DNA of 64,000 nt from the human T2T-CHM13v2.0 reference genome, Homo sapiens. Position numbers and translations under genes: made by a program. The stretch is from positions 1,984,001-2,048,000 of the forward strand of contig CP086569.2 of assembly GCA_009914755.4 (NCBI GenBank), read 5' to 3'. The notes under the pieces were generated by a model. The model did no database searches. It was not told the origin of the DNA and saw nothing but the letters and a program-made list of their open reading frames with translations. Positions 36,011 to 55,383 of this stretch are shown here, one piece after another. How positions within the stretch are numbered: the stretch's first letter is position 1; each line of letters begins with the position of its first letter.

Positions 36011-36929
36011 TGCTTCTTTCCTCTTTAATTCTTACAGTGAGTGTGTAGAGCACGCTTGACATAAGTGACTCCACCTTAGAAAAAGATTCCATGTTACATT
36101 TCATTCAAAAGGCATCATGCCTACAGGAGCCAGATGTTCACCTGATCAATAAAGACCACATCCAAACAGTTAAGGACACAACCAAACACCCTCTTCCATT
36201 GTCAATCCTCACCAGAGGACTCTGTGGTCATGAAAGAACAGGGCTTCAGCAGCTCCAAATGGCTACCTTAACAGATGCCATCTTGCTGTCACTTGTAATC
36301 ATTACGCAGCATCCACCGCAAAAGGCTCTGCCCCACTGATATCAAAGGCTCTTCCTTGCAAGATGGCGACCACTGATGGTCCTCCAGGGCCAGGCCAGGA
36401 GACTTTTTTTTGTCCACATCAATATCCCTGTGCTCCTTTGTTAAGCTTTTTCCTACCCCTTTTCTCTTGATGATAAATGTTACGTTGTTTGATGTAGAAT
36501 GTTTAATCTATAACATGCATATATTGGTGAAGTGTATTAGTATGTATAGGTTGCAATACTGACTGACTTGGGTCACAGCAGGAGCCTGTGCGCCTGTAGC
36601 TCTGACTAAATGCTGCCGGCACACAGGCTCCAGTACTCCAAGGGCTCAAGCCATTTCAGTACTAAATGGGAAGTCCTAAGGAGAATTGCCTCCTTGAAAA
36701 CTCCGTGCATCTCGGGGCTTCTGTAAACTGAAATAGCATCAATAAAAGGCTGAACTTGTGAAAAGACACAACCATACATGGGCCTGGTTTTCTATCTCTG
36801 ACCTTGCACCACTCATGAGAGTGGGCTCCAGCAAGCCAGCCAGCAGGAAAGACAGAAAAGGTGAAAACTGATTCAACAAAGGAAGGATACTTGAGCTAGA
36901 TTAAACATTTTATTACATTTTCTCTGAAT

Positions 36930-37558
36930 TTTTAGCCCATCATCACGGGTCATTAGAGAAATGCAAATCAAAACCACAATGAAATACCAACTTATGCCAG
37001 TTAGAATGGCGATCACTAAAAAAGTCAGGAAACGAGAGATGCTGGAGAGGATGTGGAGAAATAGGAACGCTTTTACACTGTTATTGAGAGTGTAAATTAG
37101 TTCAACCATTGTGGAAGACAGTGTGGCGATTCCTCAAGAATCCAGAACCAGAAATACTATACGACCACAGACTGGATAAAGAAAATGTGGTACACAGACA
37201 CACCATGGAATACTATGCAGCCATAAAAAGGATGGGTTCATGTCCTTTGCAGGGACATGGATGAAGCTGGAAACCATCATTCTCAGCAAACTAACACAAG
37301 AACAGAAAAGCAAACACCACATGTTCTCACTCATAAGTGAGAGTTGAACAATGAGAACACATGGACACAGGGTGGGGAACATCACACACCAGGGTCTGTC
37401 AGGGGGTCAGGGGCTAGTGGAGGTATAGCATTAGGAGAAATACCTAATGTAGATGATGGGTTGATGGGTGCAGCAACCCACCATGGCACATGTATACCTA
37501 TGTAACAAACCTGCACGTTCTGCACATGTACCCCAGAACTTAAAGTATATAAAAAGAA
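36930..37558 (+). mobile_element. L1 3' end (L1P-like, sense)
   Basis: ...CATTAGAGAAATGCAAATCAAAACCACAATGAAATACCAACTTATGCCAGTTAGAATGGCGATCACTAAAAAGTCAGGAAACGAGAGATGCTGGAGAGGATGTGGAGAAATAGGAACGC...GTTCTCACTCATAAGTGAGAGTTGAACAATGAGAACACATGGACACAGGGTGGGGAACATCACACACC...CTTAAAGTATATAAAAAGAAG. Confidence 0.9.
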
Positions 37559-37560
<2 letters not shown>

Positions 37561-37589
<29 letters not shown>

Positions 37590-37592
37590 CTG
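37561..37592. repeat. (TA)n microsatellite at L1 3' terminus
   Basis: ATATATATATATATATATATATATATATAC. Confidence 0.95.
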
Positions 37593-38033
37593 TATTTATT
37601 TAATAAAATTTCAAATTAATGATGTAAAAATTTTGAATTTTATAAATTTGAATATGACTTGGCCTGTGACAGAGACAGAGGCCACAAGACCCCTGCAGTC
37701 TACCCTATACCCTGCTGCCACAGTGACCTCCCTAACATACACACCTGATCACAAGTCCCCTCAGAGCAGCTTCCATGGCTTCCCCTGCCTCTTGAAATAC
37801 TGCCCAACTTGTGTTCTGTCTGGGTACTCTTGTTCTGAGGCACCCTTGATCCTTGATTTTATAAGTCCACTTGGCTGAGCCATGGTGCCCACATATGTGA
37901 TTAAATGTTCTTCTGGGTGTTTCTTTGAGGTTGCTTTAAATGAGATAAATATCGAAATCAGGAGACTTTGAGTAAAGGAATTGGTGGGTAGGCCTGGTCT
38001 AATCAGTTGAAGGTCATAATAGAACAAAAGACT

Positions 38034-38347
38034 GGGCTGGGTGCAGTGGCTCACACCTATAATCCCAGCACTTTGGGCAGCTGAGGCAGGTGGATCATCT
38101 GAGGTCAGGAGTTTGAGATCAGCCTGGCCAACATGGTGAAACCTTGTCTCTACCAAAAAAATAAAAATAAATTAGCTGGGCGTGGTGGTGTGTGCCTATA
38201 ATCACAACTACTCGGGAGGATGAGGCAGAAGAATTGCTCAAACCTGGGAGATAGAAGTTGCATTGAGCCGAGATCGCACCGAGATCGCATCGTACCCCAG
38301 CCTGGGCAACAAGAGTGAAACTCTGTCTCAAAAAAAAAAAAAAAAAA
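38034..38347 (+). mobile_element. Alu SINE flanked by ~85-95-bp direct repeats
   Basis: GGCTGGGTGCAGTGGCTCACACCTATAATCCCAGCACTTTGGGCAGCTGAGGCAGGTGG ... internal 10-bp duplication GAGATCGCAC(C)GAGATCGCAT ... CTCAAAAAAAAAAAAAAAAAAA. Confidence 0.9.
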
Positions 38348-39342
38348 TCTAAATCAGTACACTTTGAGTAAAGCAATTTGTCCTTCCTATGGTGGGTGGG
38401 CCTGGTCCAATCAGTTGAAGGTCTGACTAGAACAGAAGACTAATGTTACCTGAGCCAGAAGGGATTCTGCCAACAGATGGACTTTGGACTCCAACTACAT
38501 CATCAGCTCCTCCCTGGGTCTCCAGCTGGCTGGTCTACCCCATACATCTTGAGACTTGCCAGCCTCCATCACCATATGAGCAAAATTCCTTAAAATAAAT
38601 GTGCTTTCTATCAGTACACACATCATATTGGTTCTATTTCTCTGCAGTATCTTGACTCAGACACACAGTTCCCTGGTTCTGCGGCACCCACCTCCCGTGG
38701 TATCCTTGTTCTGTAAGAAATTAGTAAGTTTTAGGTGAACGCCAAGGAGGAATTTCATCCAGGAAAGCTCTTTGCCTCCTTGTAGACCCGATGAATTTCT
38801 ACTCACTCTCTAAAATTTAACTCAAATACATGTATTTTCTGATAATGTTTCTAACTCTATGAGCAAAACCAGGCATCTCACTCCATGGCATCTGGACACG
38901 CAGCTACAGAGGTGCATCTGACATGCCCCTGAGTTGTTATGTACCATCTTCCCCTGACTGTGAATCTCTTAGGAATGACATCCATAAAAATGCAATGTGC
39001 CATCCAGGATTTAATACGTGCTCAAATATTGCCGAGTGTGGTTTTTCTCGTCTCTGTTTTCACAGTCCAGGCTGGCACCATTTCTCTGCAAATCAGTGTA
39101 TTTTTCACCCACCTGATTTTCCTGCCCCCAGCCTCCCCTCCCACAAGGCGCCTTGAAGCTGCTGTCAAGCTCAATCTCCTGAAGATAGCCCAAATCCTTC
39201 CCGCAGCCTTTGGAAAGCCTCCCATAGCTTCTTCTCCCAGCAAATCTAAGTAAACTACAAGGTGACTCCCATGTTCCCCTCCCCATTTTTCCTGTTTGTA
39301 GGGATGTTGTATGAGTCTGGTTTTTTTGTTGTTGTTGTTGTT

Positions 39343-39735
39343 TAATACTTTAAGTCCTGGGGTACATGTGCAGAACATGCAGGTTACATAGGTATCCATG
39401 TGCCATGGTGGTTTGCTGCACCTATCAACCCGTCATCTACATTAGGTATTTCTCCTAATGCTCTCCCTCCCCCAGTCCCCTACTCCCCGACAGGCCCCAG
39501 TGTGTGATGTTCCCCTCCCTGTGTCCATGTGTTCTCATTGTTCAACTCCCACTTATGAGTGAGAACATGAGGTGTTTGGTTTTCTGTCCTTGTGATAGTT
39601 TGCTGAGAATGATGGTTTCCAGCTTCATCCATGTCCCTGCAAAGGACATGAACTCATTCTTTTTTATGGCTGCATAGTATTCCATGGTGTCTCTGTGCCA
39701 TATTGTCTTTACACAATCTATGGTCAAATAGTATT
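39343..39735 (-). mobile_element. L1 3' end (antisense, L1P-like)
   Basis: CTTTAAGTCCTGGGGTACATGTGCAGAACATGCAGGTTACATAGGTATCCATGTGCCATGGTGGTTTGCTGCACCTATCAACCCGTCATCTACATTAGGTATTTCTCCTAATGCTCTCCCTCCC...CACTTATGAGTGAGAACATGAGGTGTTTGGTTTTCTGTCC... Confidence 0.9.
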
Positions 39736-39762
39736 TGATATAGATAAGGATGGATAAATAAA

Positions 39763-40545
<783 letters not shown>

Positions 40546-41266
40546 TTAGACTGTAGGCTCCCTGTTGGAACCACCCTGCTCGTGGACAATCACTGCTGTC
40601 TTGGTAATGAACACCCCCTACATATCTGCTTCACTATAGAGCTGCTGCCTCCAGAAACCCCATACACCCATGCGTTCTGGCAGTGCCAACGGCTGGAAAT
40701 TGCTGCCCACTCCTCAGCCAAACCCACAGTCAGGCAGGGAACCCAAGCCAGGCCAATTGGGTCCCTGCCTTGGGATAGTCCAACGTAACATAAGAAAAAG
40801 ACAGTGTGTTAGTATTATAGGCAAAGCAAGGCAAAAGAGAATAGAGAAGCAGCTCGGGTAAGAGACTAAAGCTTCTCTGCAGGAAGAGGAGACCCCAGAG
40901 ATAGGAAGCTGGCATCCTGGAAAGGTTGGACTCTGTGTTCTGGCCTCTGAGAAGAAAGTGATCACTAAGCTTGGTGCAGATTAAACATAGAAGCAAAGGC
41001 TCTTCTGGCTTAAGTGGATCAAGCTGGGGTCAGTCGCTTGCAGCCAGGGTTTTGATGCATTTGTTCGTTCTCTCTGGATGGGGTCAGTCCCTCGCAGCCA
41101 GAATTCTGAGGCGTGTGCTCCTATTGTCTGGATGTGTGGGGTTTTATTTACTTTCTTTCAAAAGAAAAGTAGATAGAAAGGCTCAAAAGGATGGGGGCAG
41201 GGGAAAGACCTCCCAGGAATAAGAAAGAGGTCCAGGCAGCAACCATACAGGAAGAAGCAAAAATGA

Positions 41267-41667
<401 letters not shown>

Positions 41668-42081
41668 TGTGGGTCTCTTTTTGCACAGCTGGGACAGGGA
41701 AGAAGAAAACTTGTGTTCCTCTGCCACTGTTTCCTGCAGAAATGGGTGAATACAGTAAATGGTACGGACGTTCCTCAAAAAAATTAAAAATAGAACTACT
41801 CGATGATGCAGCAAGCATGCTTCTAGGTATTTATCCAAAAGATAAATCGGTCTATGAGAGACATTTGCACCCCCATGTTTATGGCAGCAGTATTCACAAT
41901 CACCAAGATATGGAATGAACCCAAGCGTTCAGTAGATGAATGGATGAAGAAAATGCGGTACAGCTGGGTGCGGTGGCTCAGGCCTGGCGACAGACTGACA
42001 CTCCGTCTCAAACAAAAAAAAAAGAAAATGCGGTACACGCACACAATGGGATACTATGCAGCCTTCAAAAGAAGGTAGTTG

Positions 42082-42408
<327 letters not shown>

Positions 42409-42434
42409 TTACAGCCTTAAACGGAAGGTAATTG

Positions 42435-43096
<662 letters not shown>

Positions 43097-43444
43097 TCAT
43101 TTGCCACAACATGGATGAACCTGGGGGATGTTAACGTGAAATACACCAGACACAGAGAGACAAATACCGCATGATGTCACTGACATGTAGAATCTAAAAT
43201 AGTCAAATTCACAGAAGCAGACAGTAGAATGATGGTTTTCAGAAGATGAGGAGAGAGGGACGTAGGGAGATGCTGTTCCACAAGTATAAGGTTTTGGTAT
43301 ATAACATGAATCAGTTCTGCAGTCTGGGTACAACTGTGCACACCACAGCAGTTGTGCCTAGAGTTAACAAGACCGTATTATACATGTAACACTTTGTCAA
43401 GAGGGTGGCTCTCATGGTAAGCGTTTGACCGTGATAAAATAAAA

Positions 43445-43935
43445 ATTTCAACACGTATGTTTATTGCAATACTATTTATAACAGCAAAGACTTGGAACCA
43501 ACCCAAATGTCCATCAATGATAAGACTGGATAAAGAAAATGTGGTATGTAGACACTATGGAATACTACGCAGCCATAAAAAAGGATGAGTTCATCTCCTC
43601 TGCAGGGACATGGATGAAGCTGGAAACTGTTATTCTCAGCAAACTAACAGAGGAACAGAAAACCAAACACTGCCTGTTTTCACTCATAAGTGGGAGTTGA
43701 ACAATGAGAACACATGGACACAGGGAAGGGAACATCACACACCGGGGCCTGTCAGGGAGCTGGGGGCAAGGGGAGGGAGGGCATTAGGGCAAATACTTAA
43801 TGCATGCAGGGCTTAAAACGTAGAAGATTGGTTGATAGGCGCAGCAAACCACCATGGCACACGCACACCTATGTAACGAACCTGCACGTTCTGCACATGT
43901 ATCCCAGAACTTAGAGTAAAATTAAAAAGAAAGAA
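43445..43935 (+). mobile_element. L1 3' end (L1P-like, sense)
   Basis: TTTATTGCAATACTATTTATAACAGCAAAGACTTGGAACCAACCCAAATGTCCATCAATGATAAGACTGGATAAAGAAAATGTGGTATGTAGACACTATGGAATACTACGCAGCCATAAAAAAGGATGAGTTCATCTCC...TTTTCACTCATAAGTGGGAGTTGAACAATGAGAACACATGGACACAGGGAAGGG...CTTAGAGTAAAATTAAAAAG. Confidence 0.9.
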
Positions 43936-44420
43936 AGTCAAAGACAGTTTTGTAAATGTTCGGCTACATCGTAACATTCAAAATGAGACTGGCCAACTTT
44001 CCCTATCTGCTTTGATGAGTCCATCAGAATACTTGTAATATGTGGACTAAGTCTTTAAATAAAAACACCTGCTTATAAATATGCCTGAATAACATGAGCT
44101 CTGGCACTTGTCAGCCTCAGACAGGTCATGACTCAGTAAAGGATGGAACACTTCCTTGCTGACACAGACTTGGAGATTGAGAAAGCAACACAGGCCACCC
44201 AATGGGAGAAAGAGGACATGGTACAGTGAAAGGCCAGTGTGCTGGACATGGGGAGGGCCATGCTATGCACTCTGGTGTCTGGATTAACCACTGGGACCAG
44301 CCCTGACTTCCTGCATGGCTGAAGAGGAGGCTGATGATGCATTGGGAGTTGGCATCCTGGCTCTCAGTGCTGGAACCCTGGACCACCTGGGTGAGACTAC
44401 CAGACTGAGAGCCCTCCCTG

Positions 44421-44693
44421 CCCTTACTCTGTCGCCCAGGCTGGAGTGCAGTGGCGCAATCCCAACTCACTGCAACCTCCACCTCCTCGATTCAAGCGAT
44501 TCTCCAGCCTCAGCCTCCTGAGTAGCTGGAATTACAGATGCCCAACACTACACCCGGCTAATTTTTGTATTTTTAGTAGAGACAGGGTTCCACCATAACA
44601 GCCAGGCTGGTCTCAAACTCCTGACCTCAGGTGATCCACCCGCCTCGGCCTCCCAAAGTGCTGGGGTTACAGGCGTGAGTCACCGTGCCCGGC
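44421..44693 (-). mobile_element. Alu SINE (reverse; poly-A-proximal end truncated)
   Basis: CTTACTCTGTCGCCCAGGCTGGAGTGCAGTGGCGCAATCCCAACTCACTGCAACCTCCACCTCC ... GGGGTTACAGGCGTGAGTCACCGTGCCCGGCC. Confidence 0.9.
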
Positions 44694-45633
44694 CTGGAAC
44701 ATTTGTTGTTTCAATAAACAGCTGTGCATTTTTGCCCCCTAAAAGCACCATTGGACGACCACAATCCCAGGCCTGATGCTGGCAGTCATAGGGGATCAGA
44801 TGTCCTCCCGTATTCTCTATCCACAAAACAGGAAGCTTAGCTGATGACTCCTGGAGGCACACTCAACCCTAAACTATGATATAATCCTGCAGGAAAATAA
44901 ATGGTATCCCAAGATGTTCAGTATGAAAATGCATGTGGCTTTGTGGGTATTTTGCAAAGAAGCGAATGGGATAGTATCTGTTTTCTTCACTACAATCTCA
45001 GGGAATGACTCATGGAAACATCAGTGATCCGCAAGCAGATTATGGTTAAACTAAAACTCCTACGAGGCTGTCTCCAAAAACTTGAGCTATCTGAGGTGCT
45101 TCATCAACAGAGGTGTGAAAATACCGTCCTACTTGCCGGGCTGAGGGCCTGGGAGCTTACGGGTGACTCAGCTTTGCTTAGTATCACTGCTCACCATGCG
45201 ACAATTCTGTGAAGTTCTTCAGACATGCAGGATCAACGCACAGTGTTACAGATCATCTGACACTTCTTCCTACCAACAAGTGTCTGCAGGCGTAGCTGCT
45301 GGGCTGCCTTGCTGGAACTTATCAGGGTGGAAACTCTTTGGGGTGAGAATACCACGTTTCGGCGTCTTCAGGGGATACAGCAGAGGTGTGTTGAATGCTA
45401 CGGTGATAGCTACAAGCACAGGCAAAGGCTCCTACAGCAAATAAAACAGACCTACAAGACCAGCCACAGTAGATGAAGGGCTATAGGGACCAGCATGGGC
45501 ATTCGGACCAGCACGGGCATTGAGAACAGCAGTTCAGCTTAAGCCACAAAACTTCAATTCTCCTTAAAATCTACAAGAGTCCATCTGAACCACCAAAGTT
45601 TTGGCCAAACCCAAGACCAAGAGTCCAAAACCA

Positions 45634-45932
45634 GGCTGGACGCAGTGGCTCCTGCCTGTAGTCCCAGAACTTTGGGAAGCCATGGCAGGCAAGATGGCTT
45701 GAGCTCGGGAGTTTGAGACCAGCCTGGGACAAATGGCAAAACCTCATCTTTACAAAAAAAAATACAAATATTAGCAGGGCATGGTAGCACGTGCCTACAG
45801 TCGTAGCTACTCGAGAGACTGAGGTGGGAAGATTGCTTGAGCCCGGAGGCAGAAATTGCAGTGAGCCAAGACTGCACTATTACACTTCAGCCTGGGCGAC
45901 AGAGCCAGACCCTGTCTCAAAAAAAGAAAAAG
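45634..45932 (+). mobile_element. Alu SINE (older AluJ-like)
   Basis: GGCTGGACGCAGTGGCTCCTGCCTGTAGTCCCAGAACTTTGGGAAGCCATGGCAGGCAAGATGGCTTGAGCTCGGGAGTTTGAGACCAGCCTGGGACAAATGGCAAAACCTCATCTTTACAAAAAAAAATAC ... CTGTCTCAAAAAAAGAAAAAG. Confidence 0.88.
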
Positions 45933-46237
45933 GGTCCAACACCATCTTCCTGAAGCCATGTGTATGTCAGTAGAAGAAACCTTCAACCCCCTAGAGAATC
46001 CAAAGGGGAGTGGGGAACTCAGGTGCTGTCCTCATTTACCCCGAAATGAAGTTGTGCAGGAAAAAAAGAAAAAAGCGTCCAGGAATTCAGAACATGCTTA
46101 TTATCCTAGTGAGACCCAAGGTTCCATTTGCTACAGAAGCCTATGAAATAATTCCTAGGACAAAGGGTCACTAAGAAGTCATTCATCTTTTGGGTAATAG
46201 TTGAAGGAGTCAGAAAACAGTCACACCAGTAGTTTAG

Positions 46238-46550
<313 letters not shown>

Positions 46551-46789
46551 TACACGTGGTTTTTAAGGGCCAGCAAATTATATGTATGCACACACCTCAG
46601 TTTGGAAGGAGAATGACTGAGTACCAGTGGGATACCAGGAGAGCCCAGGAAGAAGGCAGCGTATCCCTTCACAAGCCCCTTTCCATGACTTTTCTACATG
46701 ACTCCAGCAAGACTATGCTGGGGAGGAGGAGGAGACACAGGGCCTCGCCTGAGTATGGGTGCTGACTTGGTGCAAGAAGAGAAGGGTAG

Positions 46790-47452
<663 letters not shown>

Positions 47453-47907
47453 TAAGCAGCTGAAGAACTGAACGGATAAAACAAAGCCCTCAAAACCACA
47501 GACACGTGTGTCCATGTCTGAGGTCCACGGGGCAAGGAGGAAAAAAGAACCAACTCACGCATCCTCCAGGGGTGAAGACTGGGCATTAAAATAAATGCCC
47601 GTATGGAGGGAAAATATCCATCTTGGGACTCATGGGAAAAACAGGCAAACACAAAAAACAGGAAAGTAATATTCCATAAAAAAGAAATGAAGAGCATCAG
47701 TTGAAATGAAGATTTATGTGGGGCGAGGCAGAAGGACCTGAGACCACTAATCCTTCACTATCTCAATTATAGCAAGAAATAGGTTGGAAGGAAAACACAA
47801 ATATACAGCCTATAAAAGATACCCACAGAGGAGTAATTCAGGTGGAACATAAAAGAGATTTAAAGGTAAATAGAAACGAAAAGAAAGTCAGAGTCAAAAT
47901 ATTATCA

Positions 47908-48212
47908 GGCCGGGCACAATGGCTCGCACCTGGAATCCCTGCATTTTGCGAAGCCAAGGAGGACGGATTGCTTGAGCTCAGGAGTTTGAGACTAGCCTGA
48001 GCAACATAGTGAGAGCCTGTTTCTACAAAAAATACAAAAATTAGCTATGCGTTGTGGCGCATGCCTGTAGTCCCAGCTACTCGGGAGGCTGAGGTGGGAC
48101 GATGTCTTCAGCCTGGGAGGCTAAGGTTGCAGTGAACCAAGATGGTGCCACTGCACTCCTGCCTGGGTGACAAGAGCGAGACCCCATCTAAAAAAAAAAA
48201 AAAAAAAAAAAA
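47908..48212 (+). mobile_element. Alu SINE
   Basis: GGCCGGGCACAATGGCTCGCACCTGGAATCCCTGCATTTTGCGAAGCCAAGGAGGACGGATTGCTTGAGCTCAGGAGTTTGAGAC ... ACCCCATCTAAAAAAAAAAAAAAAAAAAAAAAG. Confidence 0.9.
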
Positions 48213-48450
48213 GACTATCATTACTTTTAATGGCAAAAACAGCAATTACTTTTGCACCAACCTAATATATTCATATCAGATAAAAAATAATAAATTCAGA
48301 GCACAAAAATATTAAACGTTTAACAAAAGGGTTAATGCGGTAACATAATAAGAAGGGTGCCGGAAACGAGTAGGAGATATAACATCACATCCTAGAGAAG
48401 CCCGGACAATAGTAGACAGAGGGAAGATCAAAATCAAGAATGAGGAGACT

Positions 48451-49998
<1,548 letters not shown>

Positions 49999-50089
49999 AA
50001 ATGGAAAGGTTTCGTGCAAAGAAAAAAAAAATCCCTGAGATAAAAACCCAGATCTGCCATTATAAGATGTATAGTAAGCCATACGATTT

Positions 50090-50335
50090 ATTTTTAAATG
50101 CCCATATGTCCATCAACCTCATCCTGATGAAACCGTGGAGCTTTAAAGATCAAGAGAAAATCCTAAAAGCATCAAGGGAGGAACAAAAAGGACATCTGCC
50201 AATGGAAAAGCAAATCAGGTGGAAAGAGCTCTTCGTCAATGTGAGATTTCAGTAAGGAATAAAGAAAGAGCTACAGAGTCCTGAATGACAAAGGATCTGA
50301 ACAAATAACCCTAGACCCGATATGGGAAAACGAGA
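50090..50335 (+). mobile_element. L1 ORF1 C-terminal-region-like fragment (old L1)
   Basis: ...GAGCTTTAAAGATCAAGAGAAAATCCTAAAAGCATCAAGGGAGGAACAAAAAGGACATCTGCCAATGGAAAAGCAAATCAGG... resembles L1 ORF1 3' part (AGAGAAAATCCTAAAAGCAGCCAGAGAGAAG...). Confidence 0.5.
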
Positions 50336-51080
50336 TTTGTCTCAAACACTTTGGGACTCAGGAAATTAAAAAAAAAAAAAAAAAGAATCATTGCTTGTTT
50401 CTCTAAAACTGTGCCCAGACACACACACACACTACAGCAAGCTAAGATTTCCAGGCAAATCACTAAGCCATTCATAGGGAAAGACAGGCACTGTGTGTCA
50501 GATCAAGGATTCACCTACATAATGGTGGTTATGAAATGGAAAATAGAGAAACACATGTACATCACTGGGGTGTGGCTACCATAGTCAAAACAGGGTAACT
50601 CTTGAGAAAAACATCCTCTCTACAAAACGCTTATTTTAAAAAACTAATTAGAGATTGGGACAAAAAGAATCCTCAAAACAGCAATCAGAATCAAGTGATA
50701 GCATGTGGTGGATGGCTAGGGTTATGCTACTTTGTCTTCAAAAGGCAGAACCTGTTGTTCTAATTTAATTTCTGAAGTTACTCAGTTGAGAAACGGAGTT
50801 AGCTAACACTTGGTTTAAAGTTACGAAAGTTTCAAAGAGCTTCTGCACAGCCCAGGAAACTATCAACAGCGTGAACAGACAACCTACAGAATGAGAGAAA
50901 GTATCTGCCAACTATGCATCTGATAAAGGTTTAATATCCAGAATTTATAAGGAACTTAAACAAATTTACAAAACAAAACAAAAATAAAAACAAAAAAAAT
51001 CCCATTGAAAGCACACCCTTTGCCACGTCAGGCAAAGGACATGAACAGACACTTTTCAAAAGAAGATATACATGCAGCTG

Positions 51081-51932
<852 letters not shown>

Positions 51933-52060
51933 TCAATCATTCTGTCATAAAGACACATGCACGTGTATGTTCGTGGCAGCACCTTTCACAATAGCAAAGA
52001 CATGGGATCAATCTGAATGCCCATCAGTGGTAGACAGAATAAAGAAAATATGGTACATAG

Positions 52061-52367
52061 GCCAGGTGCGGTGGCTCACGCCTGTAATTCCAGCACTTTG
52101 GGAGGCCAAGGCGGGTGGATCGCGAGGTCAGGAGTTCGAGACCAGTCTGGCCAACACATGGTGAAACCCCGTCTCTACTAAAAATACAAAAAAATTAGCT
52201 GGGCGTGGGGGCGTGCACCTGTAATCCCAGCTACTTGGGAGGCTGAGGCAGAGGAATTTTCAAGGGTGCAGTGAGCTGAGGCAGAGGAATTTTCAAGGGT
52301 ACTGCACTCCAGCAGCCTGGGTGACACAGCGAGACTCCATATCAAAAAAAAAGAAAGAAAGAAAAAG
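52061..52367 (+). mobile_element. Alu SINE nested in L1; TSD AAAATATGGTACATAG (16 bp); internal 22-bp duplication
   Basis: GCCAGGTGCGGTGGCTCACGCCTGTAATTCCAGCACTTTGGGAGGCCAAGGCGGGTGGATCGCGAGGTCAGGAGTTCGAGACC ... GAGGCAGAGGAATTTTCAAGGGT x2 ... A-rich tail; identical 16-bp flanks. Confidence 0.93.
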
Positions 52368-52965
52368 AAAATATGGTACATAGACACCATGGAATACTAT
52401 GCAGCCATAAATAAGAACAAGATCATGTCCTTTGCAGAAACATGGATGGAGCTGGAGGCGATTATCCTCAGCAAACTATGTAGGAACAGCAAAACCAAAT
52501 TACTACATGTTCTCACTTATAAGTGAGAGCTAAATGATGAGAACATATGGACACAGAGAGGGGAATAGCATTCATTGAGGCCTATCAGAAGGTGGGAGGA
52601 GGGACAGGATCAGGAAAATAACTAATGGGTACTGGGCTTAATACCTGGGTGATGAAATAATCATACAACAAACCCCCATGACACGAGTTTACCTATGTAA
52701 CAAACCTGCACCTGTATCCCTGAACTTAAAAATGGTTTTTAAAAATTATGGAAGTTTGAACTATAAGAATCAAAATTTCCAGAAGGTTGGGGTGATGAGG
52801 CATGAAGCTTCCCTGAGTGCAAAAGAACTCACCATTGCCACCCACGGCAAAAAGAAAAGTGACATAGAAGCAAAAAAAAAGATACAAAGCATAGTAACAT
52901 TTATTCAACATCTCATTAAACATTTCGCAAGAGTGAAGGATAGACTATGCAAGAGGGTTATAATG

Positions 52966-53392
<427 letters not shown>

Positions 53393-53730
53393 TCACTGCT
53401 CTCTTGGTGGAGTTGGTACCGAGACACGGCCCGATGTGGGCAGATGCTTAGACAGGGAACATGGCTTCCTCTTCCTGGAATGGCAAGAACTTCGAATTCT
53501 GCCCCCTCTCTGCCAACGTTAGATATGTCACGGTTGAATGACTAAACACCAAATACATATCCGGAGCGAGAAATGGCATGATGCTTTCAGAGGAAGGATG
53601 GAGCTGGAATTTGGGGAATGAGGAAATGGCTTTTCCCTCTTTGTGTGTTTAGTGATGATAAGAGCAATCAGTTCTGACAGCTCCTACTGGCTGCTACCTA
53701 CTGGCTGGCTGGAGCGTTGGCTTTGGTTAG

Positions 53731-54067
<337 letters not shown>

Positions 54068-54950
54068 TCAATAAAAGTTTTTAAAATGTTATCAGTAATG
54101 CTATAATGATCATCATAACTTATGGTAGGTACAAACTATAGAATCCACAACTGCTTACCAAGGTCTTATAAAGACCTAAATCTGTGGTTTATTGAGGTTC
54201 TTTGAAACCCCTCAATTTTCTTCTTGGTATTAATGATTGAATTTTTAATGGTGGGGCAGAATCTGCCCAAGTATTAGAGGGACAAAGAAGGATACAGAGA
54301 GCTGGAGTTCCATCAGTTCAGCCTGGTTAATGTGTCGTTTCTGAGCACACAGCAAGCCCTACCCTGTTTATGTGGTAAGGTCTCACTCCTATACAGAACA
54401 TGGCATGATTCAAATTCTAAAAAGAAGATGTCTGGATAAGCACTTTTGATTGACTGTCTGATTAGAGGTACTTTTAATGGAATAGGCAGAAAATGCAAAT
54501 ATCTAATGAACATGCTGGAGAGGTTCACCATCGGCAAGCATTTCATTTTCTTTTCTTCAAAAATTAATTACAGAGTGTGGCTGCGTTTCTGTGGATTCAG
54601 TGTTTCTAATTCTTTCTTAAATTAGTCCTTTAATTTTCTTCCCAAGGAGACACATGGATATACAACACGTAACACAGTGACATTTTCTTGTCACTGAAAG
54701 AAATTTCAAAGTTCATTTTCAAATTCAAAGAAAAGGAAGGCTGGAGTGGATTGGAAAAGAGGCTACAGGCTAAGAACTTTTAAGAGCCCTAGAGAGAGTG
54801 GGGTGCTGGTGTCACTGTTATTTCATTGATTTTCCTTGTCCACAGCCATTTTCAAGACTCATATTTCAGGGCCTTAGATGGTTTGTCTCATATCACTGCT
54901 GTCTGTAGCAACAACCACTCTGTAGAAGGCTCCCAGGGAAAGACCCATAA

Positions 54951-55263
<313 letters not shown>

Positions 55264-55383
55264 GGTCTGCCTTATAAGTGATATGAGCATAGGTGGAGGA
55301 GTTGAACACTGGAGAAGGATGGATCAATAACTCCACCCAACCACAGGTGCTCCCATTTCTGGGTGTCTAATCCCAACCCTTGA

